Shown: positions 1 to 13,999, counted from the stretch's first letter. The stretch is 64,000 bases of DNA from Phoronis australis (GCA_002633005.1 NMRA01000143.1:67402-131401); one strand, 5' to 3'. A program made the numbers and translations. Notes: a model not told the origin generated them from the letters alone.

Positions 1-275
1 TTATTCTGTCGTCTGCTAAATTTCGCCAAATGAAAAGTAGGTCACAACTGATGGAACTCCTGGAGTAAAGTAGGTCATAGATTACAGACAACGCATGCAC
101 TATAGTGTCTGACAAGGTCGACTCGATAGCACTGTTTACGCTTTTCTAATCTTGTGACGAAATATTTTGATCAAAAATTCAGGTTCATAGCTCAGGTATA
201 CACTCATCTCGTCCTGGCCAAACAGTTAGCTCCGGTAGGTCTAGGGCTGCATAAGTAAAAATAATGTGTGGAATT

Positions 276-595
276 CAGTGGAGGATCTAGAATACCACAG
301 GGGGGGCAACATATCATGTTGCCTCGTGGAATTGGGCAAAGTGCAATTGTATGTGCACAGGCGGCCCGAAAGTTGCAGGGGCCAGGGATGTAGACTGTTG
401 GACCTTCTGTTCAGAAAATCTATCGGTGGACTAAAAAAACAGGAACACGACACCGCCGCGATCTGGGGTCTGAGCCCCCCTCTTCCGCTACCGGTCCTAG
501 TTGCTGAACTCAATATTTCCTCACGCTCTTGCTGTTTCATTTTGATTGCGGCAGCCAAGGGGGGGGGGGGGTGGGGCCCCCCTAAATCCGCCTAT
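276..595. mobile_element. hAT-like MITE
   Basis: Left end CAGTGGAGGATCTAG (276-290) is inverted relative to right end CCTAAATCCGCCTAT (581-595), with G/C-rich subtermini. Flanks share only GAATT (GTGGAATT left, AGAATT right), so the TSD is imperfect. The same terminal motif recurs at 3237-3252, 14631-14646 and ~42190-42200. Confidence 0.45.
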
Positions 596-1590
596 AGAAT
601 TGTCCGTTTGCACCATTAAGACATTTAAATTAGGCCTACCTTCTTATGAACTTGGCATGTTTTGGAGTTTCATTCCATAAAGATAGCTTTCATTTAATTT
701 TGAAGGTAGCATGATCACTAAGCCGTGGTATGGTTACAAAAGATTACAAGTCTGGTGTGGTAGTTGCAAAAATAGGGTATTTACAAAAATAACTCAAATT
801 CTTTTAAAGCTTCATAAATCTAAATATCATGTTTGAACAACTTCAAATTGAGCTCTCTCTAACTCTCCAGACATAGTGTATACTAGAGGTACACGTGAAA
901 AAATAATTCAACAGTTTGACAACAGCTCGACCAAGGCTTTGAGTCATTCCGCAGTAATCAGTACCCTTCCCTGTGCCGATCGAATCTCTGAATTTTGACC
1001 TGGAGAGAAGTTCAGCTTACGGTTTATGAATAACAAAAATGTACCTCTGATACGAAACAAAATAATGTCCATTAGGTTGAAATAAATGAAAAAACATAAA
1101 ATAAAATGTCCCTTGAAAACAACAATTTCGGGGACTACCGCTAGAGTGCTGAGATCCAGCAAGTGCCAAGACAAAGGCGGCCAGACGTAGTCAACTCGGG
1201 AGTCAAAATCTGAGATAGCCCTGCACCATAGCCACCAAGCTGAAAAGTGCGTATCTTGGAACTAATATATTTGTGTTTATAATAGCCTTCGAGTTATCAA
1301 GCAACATCGATAAGTTCAACTGCTCGTGTGGCCGTACACTTTGATCTATAGTTTACGCTTTTCAACATCATTTTTCGGCTTAGGACATGCCAAGAAATGA
1401 CGGGATATTATTCTGGAGCAGCACAACGGCTGTCGGTGCTACACAAGTCATATCAACACCGTTTCGTGACAATTTCTTGACCTATATACTAAAGTAAGTT
1501 TTACTCGACTGCTTGTGGTTTGTCGGGTAAAATGGTGGCTTGGAAACGCAGACGAAGGTAAGCCAAGAATGCTGCGTTCTGATTGGTCAA

Positions 1591-4055
1591 TAGCAGAGTT
1601 GCAACCGAATCGATTTAACGATTGCGCATGTCCGGAAATTAGGGTGCGCAAAGGCTATTGGGATTGATAAGGGTAAATGGAATGGCCGATTGGTTTGCAT
1701 GACGTGTGATTTGTGTGCATTAAACTACGCTGCTGTATGCAATTCTGCCGCTATTCGCCCTAATAAGCGCCCATGCCCCAACAAGTGCCCCAACGCGTTT
1801 TCAGACTTTGTTAAAGTAAGCGCCCAGCCCATGAACTACATGCGAAAAATGCCCTTACCTACAGTTCTAACGTCGCAGTCCAATTTATCAATTGAAAGAT
1901 CCGACAGTCCTGAATTTGTAGACCACGAGCCTCACCGTTATGTCCGTATACACTTCAAACTTACGCTGCGATTCAAAAAGAACGCAGAAGTTTCGCTGCT
2001 CTTGCGAAGGATGTGCCCCACTACGCGGGTGTGGACTTTGAAAAGAGATGCAGCGTACTTGTCAACGGCCTTGCATTGTTTCTTTCCGGTACAGATCTTC
2101 TCCGGCCTCAACAGGAATCCAAACTTCTTTGTACACGTGAAAACCGTGAATCGAAGACTAATAAAAAAAATCGACCAGTGTTAGCACGCGACCAAGAAGC
2201 GCGCGCTGCATAAAGTACCGGCTGTCATCGAAGACATTTAGTCGGGAACTATCTATTCATGAAACGGGTAACATAGCATCGGCAAATAAATATTGGCACT
2301 AGTTTCCGAAAGTTTCTAATACCGTAAAAAACTTGCATTATTTTCAATTATTTAACTAATCGTAATTGGTGTTTTTAAGGTCAAAATGACCCACTTCGCA
2401 CCCTTACCCCCCAAATCTTCAGGAAAATAGCTGTTACACTACGGTCACGCATCCACTCACCCGGCGACTCAATGAGTGACATATCGGTCTTACCGAAAAA
2501 AAATCTCGAACGTTGTTTAGCAGATGAGGCCAGCAAGTGCTAAGCTAAATATTAAAACACGCTCTGCTTGACTGCTTGACTTAATTTCTTTGGATACAAT
2601 GCACACCTAGATCATTACATTACTCTGGCAAATGAACTCTGATGACAAGCACACGCACGCTTACTGTCACACACACGCATACAAACTTCAAAACAAACGT
2701 CACGTGACAACAACATGTGTGTTCCTCCAGAGATTTTTATCGTGTTGCGGGCTACAATCTAGCGCAGATTTGGACTTAATCCATNCAATCCCTTCATTAT
2801 TGCCAACACGAAAAATGGATTTGGTCTTTTGGGCATTTGAAGACTATTTTAAATACGACAAATTTGTTAAGAATTGATGGCACAAAATATAAAACGTGTA
2901 ATAAGCATTACAAAAAGAAGTAGGTTTCGCGCGCAAACGCTTTGGCCCATAAACAAGTAAGTCTTTTAATATGAAAGTTGTAGTCAAATCGTGGTGGTGT
3001 AGTGGAAAAGTACGCGCGCTCTGTCCGCCAGGTCGTGAGTTCGAGTCTTTGATACTTGCATTTTCTTTCCTGTTTGACACGTTCTCCGTGTTGTTTTTTT
3101 GCCTTTTTTTCTTGGATAATACTTCAGGAATCAAGGAAAATGCTCCCCCCATTCGGTGCTATGCGTATCTGCATTCGTGGTTCAGTTTGCGCAAATGCTT
3201 CCAACCGGACAAAATGTTGGGCCCCCCTTGTGATATCCTAGATCCGCCACTGTAATCTGCAGTTAATCCAGACTCCACAAGAACTTAAAAATCTTAGAGA
3301 CGCTATTTGGAAAACTTGAGGAGGATTTCAGGTAATTTGTTGAGTCGAAGCTGTATTCTTATTCAAGAATTCAAGCCGTTTCGACGAATTGCGAGACCGG
3401 CAGCTACGCATTTGTCGTCAAGATTTCGCCCTGGGACTTCAACACAATTTTATGAAAAATGATCGTAATTTAACAACGAATTTTGATAGCAATGCACCAC
3501 AATTTTGTAGAAAGTAAATAATAATATTCTGCACGCTTTATCCTAGCGTGTAATACATATAGTGTGCGTACGTTAAGTGAGTTGCCGTGACCCAGAACAG
3601 AGGCATTATCCTCAAAATTGCTCATGTTGGCTTGGTTCTGGTCAAGCGAAAACAAGTTTTTTTTTTCACTACCAACCGCTGTAGAGTATATTGTTATTGT
3701 TTCTTTGAAGGGAGATATTGTTGGGCAGTTTCCAAGATACGTTTTCTTGCCGCCCTCAAAATGAGCGCTGCATACTTTATGCTACCACGTCGGAAAGAAT
3801 TCACGAAGTCGGCCTTTGCTACCAGCGCTACCAATGTCTCTGACCCATGTTTAACGCAGTTCTTGATCCTTGGGAAACAGGTAGTAACTAATTTTTTTAT
3901 CTGGCTAACTGGTATTATAGCATGCCTGGCACACAACACATATAACCTCCCTGTGGCCGGTTCGCCCCCACGCTTGCCGACGTACTTGTTTACCGGCTTA
4001 ACCACAATGCAACATTCTGACCCATTTCCAATATGGCGGCGTTGCAACTCCGCTA
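1591..4055. mobile_element. Non-autonomous TIR DNA transposon with TAG...CTA termini (Academ-like, tentative)
   Basis: TAGCAGAGTTGCAAC (1591-1605) vs GTTGCAACTCCGCTA (4041-4055) is a 14/15 inverted match; flanks TCAA / TTAA. 2373-4055 is homologous to 51937-53148, and similarity stops 2 nt beyond the right TIR. No coding capacity. Superfamily inferred from termini only. Confidence 0.6.
2786..3252 (+). mobile_element. Nested hAT-like MITE carrying tRNA-like A/B boxes
   Basis: Absent from the homologous copy at ~52340, which reads GACTTAATCTGCAG uninterrupted. Right end CCTAGATCCGCCACTG; left end lost at N 2785. A box TGGTGTAGTGG (2995-3005), B box GAGTTCGAGTC (3037-3047). Homologous copy on the - strand at ~14000-14220. 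Confidence 0.6.
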
Positions 4056-6308
4056 TTAAGCCGTCCGTCGTAATCCTGGCGACAGGTCAATTGATAATAA
4101 GCCCATTCACGCTGAATAAGCATCACAATCAGGAACCAGGCATTTCGATTTTCAATAAAGCCACTAAGTCCGTACGACATAGGTCACCACACATGGTGAG
4201 AGATTTTTGTCCGCAAGTTTATGTCAGGGCATGAAAACCATAAACATCGCGCTTAAGGTTGCAGCGACATCACAAGTCCATGCGAAAATAGCGAAATACT
4301 CCACATAATTCAATATTAAAACAAAACCTAAGAACTCGTCCAAGACGGATAGCACATTGTGTTTGCATTAATTCCCATTTTTCGTTGTCCTATTCTACCA
4401 GTCTAAACTGCGTCGCTCTGTTTTCGGACAAGTCATTTGATGCAACTGCTAAAACGAATAATACACGAAATGCCGTCTTTTGCTGTCGCCTGCGTTAAGT
4501 TTGCGCGCCAACTACCTTCATTTCACACAGTGATTAATGGCAAGTTTGGTAAAACTGATCAGTTTTGGGCAATCTTCATCTTTCTCATAAACCGAGCCCA
4601 CAGGGAACTCCAGAGATGAGTCGTAAACAAATACGTCAGTGGTTCTATCAACATTTTCCCGACTATTCTAGATGTATTCTTTGTCCTGAACCGCCCAAAT
4701 TACGCCAGATGGGGAACAAAAGTTGAAATTCGCAGACCCAATATTACGTGAAGTGCTGGAAATGCGTTCACAGTGCGACGTACGAGGAAGAACTTCAGTA
4801 AATCGGCTGTTGGCCTCTCTTTGGAACACTCCATATTTTTAGGTTTGATATGTCGTTCTCCAAAAAGACAGAAAACACCTCTGCGGCACCTGATATTGGG
4901 TACGTATGGTCGTGTTAATTTCGCGGGAAACTGTCAAAGCTGTAACGTAGATAAAGCATTCTATTCATGTTGCGAACATGTTATTCACAATTCGTGGGTA
5001 TAACGAGTCCTGGTAGTTTTTCAGTTTAGATAGATTGACAATCATTTCATTTGCACGACACAGATATGCGGGCAATGGAACTGTTCGCTTTTGTCTTCAG
5101 CGTGAATATAAAACACGTTCGAATTAATTATCCATAGATGTTGTATATGGTGCTCAGTCACCGTGGCGACGGTCCCGGGCATCCACATTGGGGGAGGGTT
5201 ATCCAACCACTATGAATAATCTTTTTGGAAATAGTGACTGAATTGCAGTTGAATTAAATAAACAATCGAGTTTATGCTTCACATTTTTACTTGTATTATT
5301 AATAGTACATGCCCGTAGCCGGGGGGGGGGGGGGTTCGAGGTTGCCCGATCGAACCCCTCCCCCGCTGAAAAGGTCCACTCCCATCATATTCGTTAAAGA
5401 TAGGATTTGAATGGACAATAACAACAAAATTGTTGCAGCTACTGGTGCTAACTACAATGATGACTACATGTAAGTTAGCAATAATTTTGAATTGGTTTCT
5501 GATTCAAAGCGCGTCACGTGGCATCGGGCCGTACTCGGCAAACTTTGCCCGAGTGCCGCTGCTTGTGTACAGGTAGATGACAGGATCGTGCATATGATAA
5601 GAGGAGGCTTTACGTTATTCATAAACCACGCGCGTGGTGGCTACACCAAAGGGTAATAAGTGAGTCCAGAAGTAAATGCCTATACCTAAGCATAAAAGTC
5701 TAGCCCTAAGAACTAGGTAAGCTTCATGTTTTGTATATACATGTAGCAGCATGAGAACTCCCAAAAAGTAGTGCAGTATGAATGCCTTAAACTCGGCCAA
5801 GAAACAAAACAGCAGAAATATAGAGATTTGTTATTCTGCTCATTGTGGTTTAATTGCAACCATAGTAGGGTAGAAGTGTAGGCATTTTCAAATTTTGAGT
5901 TGAAAGTGATCGTCAAATTTGCAAATATGTTGTTCATCCAGTGTCCACTTTGTTTGGTGGATTGACATGCATGCGAGTACACGTTTGAACGTTTCATCTG
6001 TTCTTTTAAATTCAGTACATGCTGACGGTAGGTTCATTATAGGCAGTTCTCCGTCGTGCTAAAAGCCAGACATTCAACTAAGGTGTTTTCTTGCACTGAG
6101 AATACACCGTTAAGCATTTTCACGTTATGATGGAAAAGTAGGCCTAGACCTCAACTCAATGAAAATCTTCTCTAGTCAATCAATGTAATAGTGCACAACC
6201 CTGCAGACTTCAAACGAGCCACAAACTTGATGGAAAAGATTTCTAGGGTTCCATGTCACTATGACGAAGGTTCAATACTCCGAAGGTCCAGTACTCCGAA
6301 TGCCCATT

Positions 6309-7206
6309 TGTCAGAATAAATATTGATTAAGTAATTAGTAAGAATAGATCCATTTTAAGTTGCCCAAAATTTGTGCATATGTACTTTTAAATCATGGGGT
6401 CAGACTTGTTGACATGTATTTTAACGTCAAAATCTATTTTTAGATGGTGTTTACAACTTTGGGTTCTGGGGTCAAAGTACTCTAGAGATTCTAGAATATT
6501 CTGAGAACAAATTGTAACAGCCAATAATACGAGTGGATATGATCATGTGGTTTTTATTAGCCAATCACTAAATAAGTAGAATGTTATATTATGGGCTGAA
6601 ATCAACAAGATAATTAGATGCGCTATAGTAGTTGAAGCATAAAGACTTGCTACAGTGTACAGAAGCAATTGTACGACAGAGCCATCTCGTGGAAGATTCT
6701 AGAAAGGATCTTGGCAAGGGCAAGGGTTAACGAACAGGAAGTTAACTAAGAGCTTGTCACTTGCATTGTGGGTAGTAAGATACTACCTGAAGTGTTGCGT
6801 CATCAGCCAGAGACTGTGACCAGCAAGAAGAGTCGCGGGTAGAAGAAATTGCCTGCAAGTGTTGCATCACCAGAGACGGTGACCAGCAAGTACACTGTCG
6901 CTATACAGTGTGTGTAGTTCGAAGATTCACCAACAGGACAGACATCCAACAAGTGGAGAGTCCTAGCTTGGATAGCAGATAAGACATTTGATCGTTTGGT
7001 TGTTTGATTAAAGTAATCTTTAAAGAGGGCGCTAGCGTAGTTTCTCTTTGTAGTTGATTACTTAATTAACAATAGGTTTCATTTGTCTAATTAGGGGTTA
7101 TCATATAATAAATTAATTACTGGATTTGATTATTCACTCTCCATCTACGCACAACTTCAAAGCATAGCTACCTTTTAAACAAACCCACACAGACAATCGT
7201 CTGACA
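6309..7206. mobile_element. Solo LTR (Gypsy/BEL type), copy 1
   Basis: Starts TGTCAGA, ends TCTGACA. Exact 5-bp TSD CCATT (6304-6308, 7207-7211). Full-length homologue at 16593-17476. Confidence 0.85.
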
Positions 7207-7273
7207 CCATTACTCCGAAGATTCGTTATCTTCTGAAATTCACTACTTTGAATTTCCAATGTTCCAAAGCCAG

Positions 7274-7672
7274 GGCCCGGTCTCTAATCTTTGTACTCGA
7301 AACGAACTGGAAATTATTTTTGGTAATTTCTCTGCTCCTTTTGTGCTAACTCAAGATAAGTGGTTATCAGATTGTGCTCGAATAATTATAGTTCATGCAT
7401 ATGAGTTTCTAGTCCAAGTTTGCCCTTGAAGACCCTTATATTCGTGCTACAAACTCGAATAAAAACTTGAAATTTCGAGTTCAAACTCAAACTTTTAGCT
7501 TTAATGTTGGATTTGTCAATTGCAAACTAGGACTAATAAATCACCCACGTAAGTCATTATGCATTCGAGCATTGAGTAATGGACACTTGTCTTGAGCTCG
7601 CACAAAAGTAGATAGAAAATGCCAAACATTATTTCGAGTTCCATTTCGAGTAAAAAGATTCGAGACTGGGCC
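7274..7672. mobile_element. PIF/Harbinger-type palindromic MITE
   Basis: Termini GGCCCGGT...ACTGGGCC with >100 bp of imperfect inverted repeat. 3-bp TSD CAG (7271-7273, 7673-7675); CWG targets are typical of Harbinger MITEs. Confidence 0.75.
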
Positions 7673-8889
7673 CAGAACTCCGACAGTTCACTACTCTGGT
7701 TGTGTGATCACTACTCATTCTCAAGCAGAGACAACATAGCGCGGCTGCGGCGACCAACGGCGGTTTCAAATTTAAGAAGACTAAATGGGACTCCCTGACT
7801 ACGTGAGGACTGGCAGGGACAGGGTGGCCTAGTATATAACTTCATTTAGTTTCGACCCGGCCGTGTGCGTCGTGCTGCGATTCGATCTTAACATGGATTT
7901 GATGAATTGTGTCATGGCTGATAATTTATCAGTATTCCTACTTCATATCATTTTAAAATGCAAGTGTGAACTCATTTTAAGACATGCGGGCAATTTCGTT
8001 TGCACATGAAATCTGACTACCGTTTCTAGTTGTACTGGCCATCTGGAGACGGTGATCACTGTCTACATAAAATCCAAACAAAGTGTTCTAGTGCCCGGGA
8101 GTTGTTTTTGGTATAGGCGCATCTAATAGCCGAAATATCGTTTTTTATTTTCGCATGTAAAAGTTTAAAAATCACATCTGAATTTGAAAGTTTAGATATT
8201 TTTGGAGCAGTGAATCTTCGGAGTAGTGAATCGTCGAAGTAGTGAACCTTCGGAATAGTGAACCTTGCGAGTAATAAGCTTTCGAAGTAGTGGGATGTCC
8301 CCATTTCCAGCGATGTAAGCAACTTAAGTAACACGCTAAAATACAACCAGAGAAACAATTTTGTTAAGTCATTCGCCAACTAAACTTCATATTTCCATCT
8401 GAGTATGCAATGAGGTGTAATCACTCATTTAAGTATGGTTGATTTGAAATTTTGGCAGGAAATAATGCGAGAATGTTCTCTTTTTGGACCACATTACATC
8501 CTAATTCGTGTCCCGTTTTTTGCCAGCAACCGTCAAAGCATCCTCGTTTCTGGTATTACAAATTCCGTCTCATCTCATGAACATGAGTCATCGCTGTCTA
8601 TACAGATTTCCCTTCCCCTAATTAATAAGCTGCGTCAAAGGCCATACCGAAAACTCTACAGTGTCGACGTTAGCAAAATACCAAGATCCACCGTTCTTGA
8701 AATTCGAACCACCCCCGCTCGATGCTGGCCACGAGCGTAAATATGATATATGCATTTGGGTAGAGAGAAAGGGGCGTTTTCAAAAAGTCGACCCTGCACA
8801 GACCAAACCTCTGCATGCTACTGCCCCACCGCTAAAAATGTCTGTAAAGTACCTTTTGTTGCATGCAGAATGTTGCTCGACATTACGCA

Positions 8890-9280
8890 AATGGTTTCAA
8901 GCGGTTACATGGTGGGTTGATGTAGCTCAACTCAGGTACTTGGGCGTGCCTGGCGGGGTTAACCTACCACTAGATTTGTCTGGCAGTGTTTATTCGTGAA
9001 ACCTGGGCTGGCGATGAATATTTTGGAATTGGTTTTAAGCGGTGACCTTTTGGGTTGATCTAGCTCAATTTTTTACCTTGTTTATAACCATCTGGCTGAT
9101 ACTCCCCACCACTGAAATTGTCTGGCAGTGACCAATTTTGATACAGTCGATTACATAGTAGGTATCCAAGGCAGTTTGAAGTGGTTACCAGAAAAGTTGA
9201 TCTAGCTCAATTTTGAGTGTCGTTTCTTGGCTCCCCTGACCACAGCCACCAGAGCGAACCTGCCAGACAGCCATTTCCAA
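8890..9280. repeat. Degenerate tandem repeat, ~140-bp units
   Basis: Core TTTYAAGYGGTKACM...GTTGATSTAGCTCAA recurs at ~8895, ~9033 and ~9175; CCACCACTG...TTGTCTGGCAGTG at ~8965 and ~9105. Confidence 0.5.
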
Positions 9281-10774
9281 GCTTGAGGACATCCATAGAG
9301 CACTGTGGCACCAAAGAAAATGGATTACCTTTTCATGCGGGCGGACACTGCTGTTTTGTGGACCGTAGAGACGTATAGGGAGGCGTGCGCTTCGAGGAAA
9401 ATGAATATTGAGGATCCCTCGTGACGGAGACAAGACATTCTATATTTTTCTTTGAGTTTTTTAACTGCCTAATTTTCTGGTTATCACGACAGTACTTCGG
9501 TTTTTAACATAATGAACACTGCTGAACAATGTCGTGCGTTGTGCTGTGTGTACTGTCCTGGCGAGGTCAATTGACTGTGATGAACAAATGACCCATAAGC
9601 CTACTAACCGGAACACCAAGGAGTAAATACCTAATCTGCTATCTATGCTTTCTGTGGTGTGGCAATGTTTATTGTGCCCTTGGACCTAACATCTTGGTGC
9701 CCTGGATATTGTAGTTCCTAACGCTTAGTGTTGTGGAGTGAACACCTCGTCACATTGTGTTTCATGTCTCATATTGTGATCTCTACAATTCAAATAGGAA
9801 CGCCGGTATTAAACAGATATCCCGGAGTGGAAAACAGACTAACGCACCTTCATAACAGCTAACCAGCCCGCATTCGATCGCTTGTATACATGTAGGAAAT
9901 TATTGTAAATGGTTGGCATCATTTTGGGCACTACTGATTAATATATTCTGAGTATATTGATGTTTCTATGGTTGGATCTGAACTACGTTCCACAATTCAT
10001 TTAAATTTTAATACATTCAAATTTATAAGATAATTGCATTCACTATTACTATTTATTAACAATTTTATTATTGTTATATTATCATATATTTATTTTCATT
10101 ATACTTTACAGTTGATTTATTATCATTTATTTATTATTACTTACTTGAATTATTTTTTGTGGTCCCATACAGTCAACATTATGGTTGTCATTCCTCATTA
10201 ATCGATTTATATTATAAGATAGAAATGAACACTCATAGAAGTATATTGTTTAAGGAACAGTAGTAGGTATATTGCGTTGCTCTTGTTCATAAATCCTTAA
10301 GCCGCACTGGTTATTTTATCTGATGTCCGCGTATATGCAGTTTAAGCTCACATATTAATAAGGTTATAGTCAACATAATTTGGACGCTTCTGTAGTATGT
10401 TTATGCATTCACAATATTTTCATTCTCTGGCAATTATTTGTCAGTGAGAATTGACAGATTCTGATCAACCTACACAGTGTCAAAATGTATGGCTGTGATA
10501 CGCCAGTGCCACTTGATTTTTGGATTTTTAAATCTGAGTGCTGTGCTATCCCGTTTTTAACGAAATAATGCTTGTCCAAAATTGTACGGTTTGGTTATCT
10601 GCTTGATAATTTGCCATAGGAGGTGTTAAGGGAATTATTCCATTAAAGACATATTGAGCCCTACATCGGCGGGTACATTCAAAGGTATGTGTACTACCCT
10701 GGAAAACCCGTTACACTCTGTGACGATGTTGCTTATTTAGATATTTGTTTTGGCACGGCTTTTAAAACATCAAG

Positions 10775-11422
10775 TCAGGAAACAGGCTGAATAATAGAAT
10801 GGTAAAGGGTCTTAAGAGTACTGACATTAAGAAATTTGCCTAGACGTTTAAGTACACCTATTTTCTTTGATAATTTCTTTGTGATATGATCTTTGTGCAT
10901 GTTAAATTTAAGATTGGGATCTAAAATAAGGCCCAAGTACTTAAACTTGTCAACATTCTCGATGGGAGAACCGTTGATAGAAAGGGATAGTTTGTGTTGT
11001 TTTAATTTCTGGTGGGTTCCAAACAGCATCGACTTGGTTTTACTTACGTTAAGAGTGAGTTTATTTTGAATCAGCCAGTCATGGATAAGGACGTGCTCAT
11101 TGTTGAGAGAAGTTTCGAGTACTTTTACTGATCCAGCTGTGGACATAATTGCAATGTCATCAACGTATAAAACTGGGACACTGTTGTGGAGGACAGTAGG
11201 GAGGTCGTTAACAAAAATACTGAATAATAGAGGGCCCAAAATGGAACCCTGAGGTACCCCCGTGATTACGGTTGAGTAGTCAGAAAGTATACCACCGTAT
11301 TTGGTGGCCTGTTTACGGTCGTATAAGTAGTTTCTAAACCAAAGGAGTTCGTTATCATTTACTCCACAAGACTCTAGTTTCTGCAATAGGATACCATGGT
11401 CCACAGTGTCAAAGGCTTTCTT
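10775..11422 (-). mobile_element. CR1/L2-type LINE reverse transcriptase fragment (truncated at both ends)
   Basis: In-frame KKAFDTVDHGILLQKL, GVPQGSILGPLLFSIFVNDLP, LYVDD (YADD motif), LTLNVSKTK, FKYLGLILD, then LKTLYHSIIQP typical of the CR1/L2 thumb region. Confidence 0.9.
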
Positions 11423-13999
11423 CGCTGCTCGAATTTTTTCTTGATGAACTCTATATGTTGATAATGTGTGTATTTTTCCAATACACCTCTCATACTTTAT
11501 ATTCTCAATATTTTAAACAAAGACACTTCACAATTTTGAACTTGGCACAATAAAATCGATCAGGGTAGTCGACGTTTCCTGTAATTCGTCGGACCAAACA
11601 ACCAGTTTAGCTACGGTCTATGACATGACAATGGCAACGGCATGTTAAGAGGGCACTGAAGAGTTAGACTGCTGCCCCGGCCAATTTGGACTGCCAAAAT
11701 ACTAAAATCTAGGGGCAAGCCAGACTTTTGGTCGTTTTTAGTTAGGTACTGCATGTAGGCCAAGTGAATGTGGCTTGTTTGTATTTGTGAACATGTTGAG
11801 AATATGAAAAGACCATTTGCTCGGCTGTAGCTGCACTCACCTGGAAGATGGTGGCCCCCTGTTGTGCATTGCTGGGTAGCTACTGAGAAATTGGCTTCTG
11901 TTTCAGGTAGCCATCAAACAAGCCAGGTTTGCAAAATATACAATTAGTTGACTGTACTTTTGGACCACGCTTTTGGTTTTGATGGGAAATTTGCGTGCAG
12001 AATCTAATGTTAGCTTTAATCGAGCATCGGCAGGGAATTGATAGTGTTGCAGTAAAAAAATGACAATTTTCGGGTTTTTGCCCCTTTTTTCTTAGTCTAC
12101 TCTATTTGTTTTTCAGTAGTAGTGAAAAGGTCAAAACTACAGGAGAGAATAAAGTGTCTGTGCTCATCTGTACACTCTTCCCCAAGTCTCGAAGGCTCAC
12201 GTTTCACAACATGAAGATTGCACTCAGTTATAACAGCAACACCGCCTATTAAGTTGAATTTTTCAGTTTTGTTGTGAACTTAGTTGTGTTGTAAGTTTTG
12301 AAATTGTGTTGTGCTGTACAGTTTACGATTTTGTTGTGAGTTTCTATATTGTGTTCGTAATTTTTCCATCACTGTGGAAAATTATTCCACGTGGATAGTC
12401 AAGAAAAAGCTTTGGATCTGAGAAACGGATTAACATGTCAAAACTCAAGCGACTGTTGAGCTCCACGTAGGCCCAGTCTTAATACAATCATAAAAATCTA
12501 AAAGGTTCAACTGGCTGCGTAAGAGGTTATTCCGTGTTTTACCAATTGTTAGTGAAACTCATGAAGCCTCGTCCCAATATTAATGTTAAGTGTCTCAGGT
12601 TGTGCACGCTCTCTGCTAACATGATGGCTATAGAGCGTATACTTTTTAAAACGTTTATTCAATGTATTAGGCATTCGTGTGTAATCAAAAAGAGCCCTAG
12701 AAATCAAATTCCGTAGCACAAATTCGCAAACTACATTTTGATAACCATTTTACAATACCCAAGACAATGCCACATACTGTGCTAAAATTTGTCCACGTGA
12801 CTGTTGTTCTTTTTGAGTTACGCCATGTTAAAAGTACTGCCAAAAAGCGAAAAATTGGACTTCTCCCGTCTTTGCAGTAGATTGTAAAAAATAAAACATT
12901 AAAGGTGGGTTTGAATGCTTTTATGCACAGAAAAGTTGCCAATCAGATAATAGTCACATTATCAAACTTTAACATCAAAGCATCTAATCACGTGATGTGG
13001 TGTAAATGTTTACATTTTCACAAAACTAAATAGATTATTTGCATTTTATTTCCCATGCATGTCATTGCGTAACTAATACATATACATTATGTTACAGATC
13101 AGTTTTACGAACGGAATATACATGTTAGCGATTTCTAGTAATTTGAAAAAGTTTTCTTTTAAAGATTTATTACAAGGAAGGCTTGGAAATGCACCCCCAG
13201 CAAGAAATTGCGAAACTACGTGACGTAACAGCTCCAACAGGTTGATTGTATCCATAGAAACATGCTATGCATTCACATCTTTCTGCTGTGCTGTGCTTCA
13301 CATGAGTAATATATGTGCATAAAACACAAACATCCATTTTAATTTAGTTTCCACAATATTTAAACTTAAATGTGGGTCGGAGTTAACCCTCGACTGTATG
13401 TATTTGGTGAGTTCAAAGCGAGTTTGAGTTGTCTCCAAATGTTACTTAAGTTTACATTAAAGTAAAACCTGTATTTCCCATGACAATACAACATGGTTAT
13501 ATGCTCAAAATACAAAACAAAGACTTTAGACATTGTTTTTCTCGAAATGGTTTTCAAAAGTGGTATTCAGTCAATTCTCTTGAATTTTGTCAAATTTTCA
13601 CGTTTTCGTAATGCTCAGAGAATTACTGTAATGATATTATGATTATCACAACAGTGTTTTGCATTTCTCTAAATAACATGGAAAATCTTCTTCAAAGCTT
13701 TAATTGCGGAACGTTCGCAGAATTTCATAAAAGACTCGATGAAATAGACATTTTGCCCTTTTTCAAGACAACAAGCATGACTTCCTCATCTCAGAATCGG
13801 ATAGAAATATTAAAATTGTGAAATGCTTGGTTTATTATGTTGATGCGTGTGCAATGATCGTGAGGCAATGGAACACTAATTTTTACATTGATACGCGTTC
13901 CGTTTGGCACAATATTGAGAGCCTATTGTCAGCAAAGATCGACTTCAAACTTAATTTGATAAAATTACGATATTTTTTGGAATCAAAATTCATAAATGC

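Larger units (their letters stand above)
6246..8302. mobile_element. Old foldback/MITE-like element with inverted arrays of 16-bp subrepeats (host of nested insertions)
   Basis: Units like GGTTCACTACTCCGAA at 6255-6308, 7207-7252 and ~7676-7696 on +, and as reverse complements (AGTGAACCTTCGGAAT etc.) at 8200-8292. Termini GGGTTCCATGTCACTA / TAGTGGGATGTCCCC are imperfectly inverted. No TSD recognised. Confidence 0.45.

Noticed and set aside
2991-3060. tRNA gene
   Set aside because: A and B boxes are present, but there is no acceptor stem or convincing anticodon arm, and it lies inside a repeat.
1690-4234. Long ORFs 1690-2184 and 3587-4234 as genes
   Set aside because: No motifs; the homologous copy at 52.7-53.1 kb has frame-breaking indels relative to 3587-4234; both ORFs lie in a non-coding element.
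10494-10715. Short solo LTR (TGTGATA...CGTTACA with ATTAAA)
   Set aside because: Flanks TGGC / CTCT give no TSD; no second copy in the window.
11565-11600. Hammerhead on the minus strand (CCGACGA..GAAACGTC)
   Set aside because: Core lacks U4 and stem II cannot pair.
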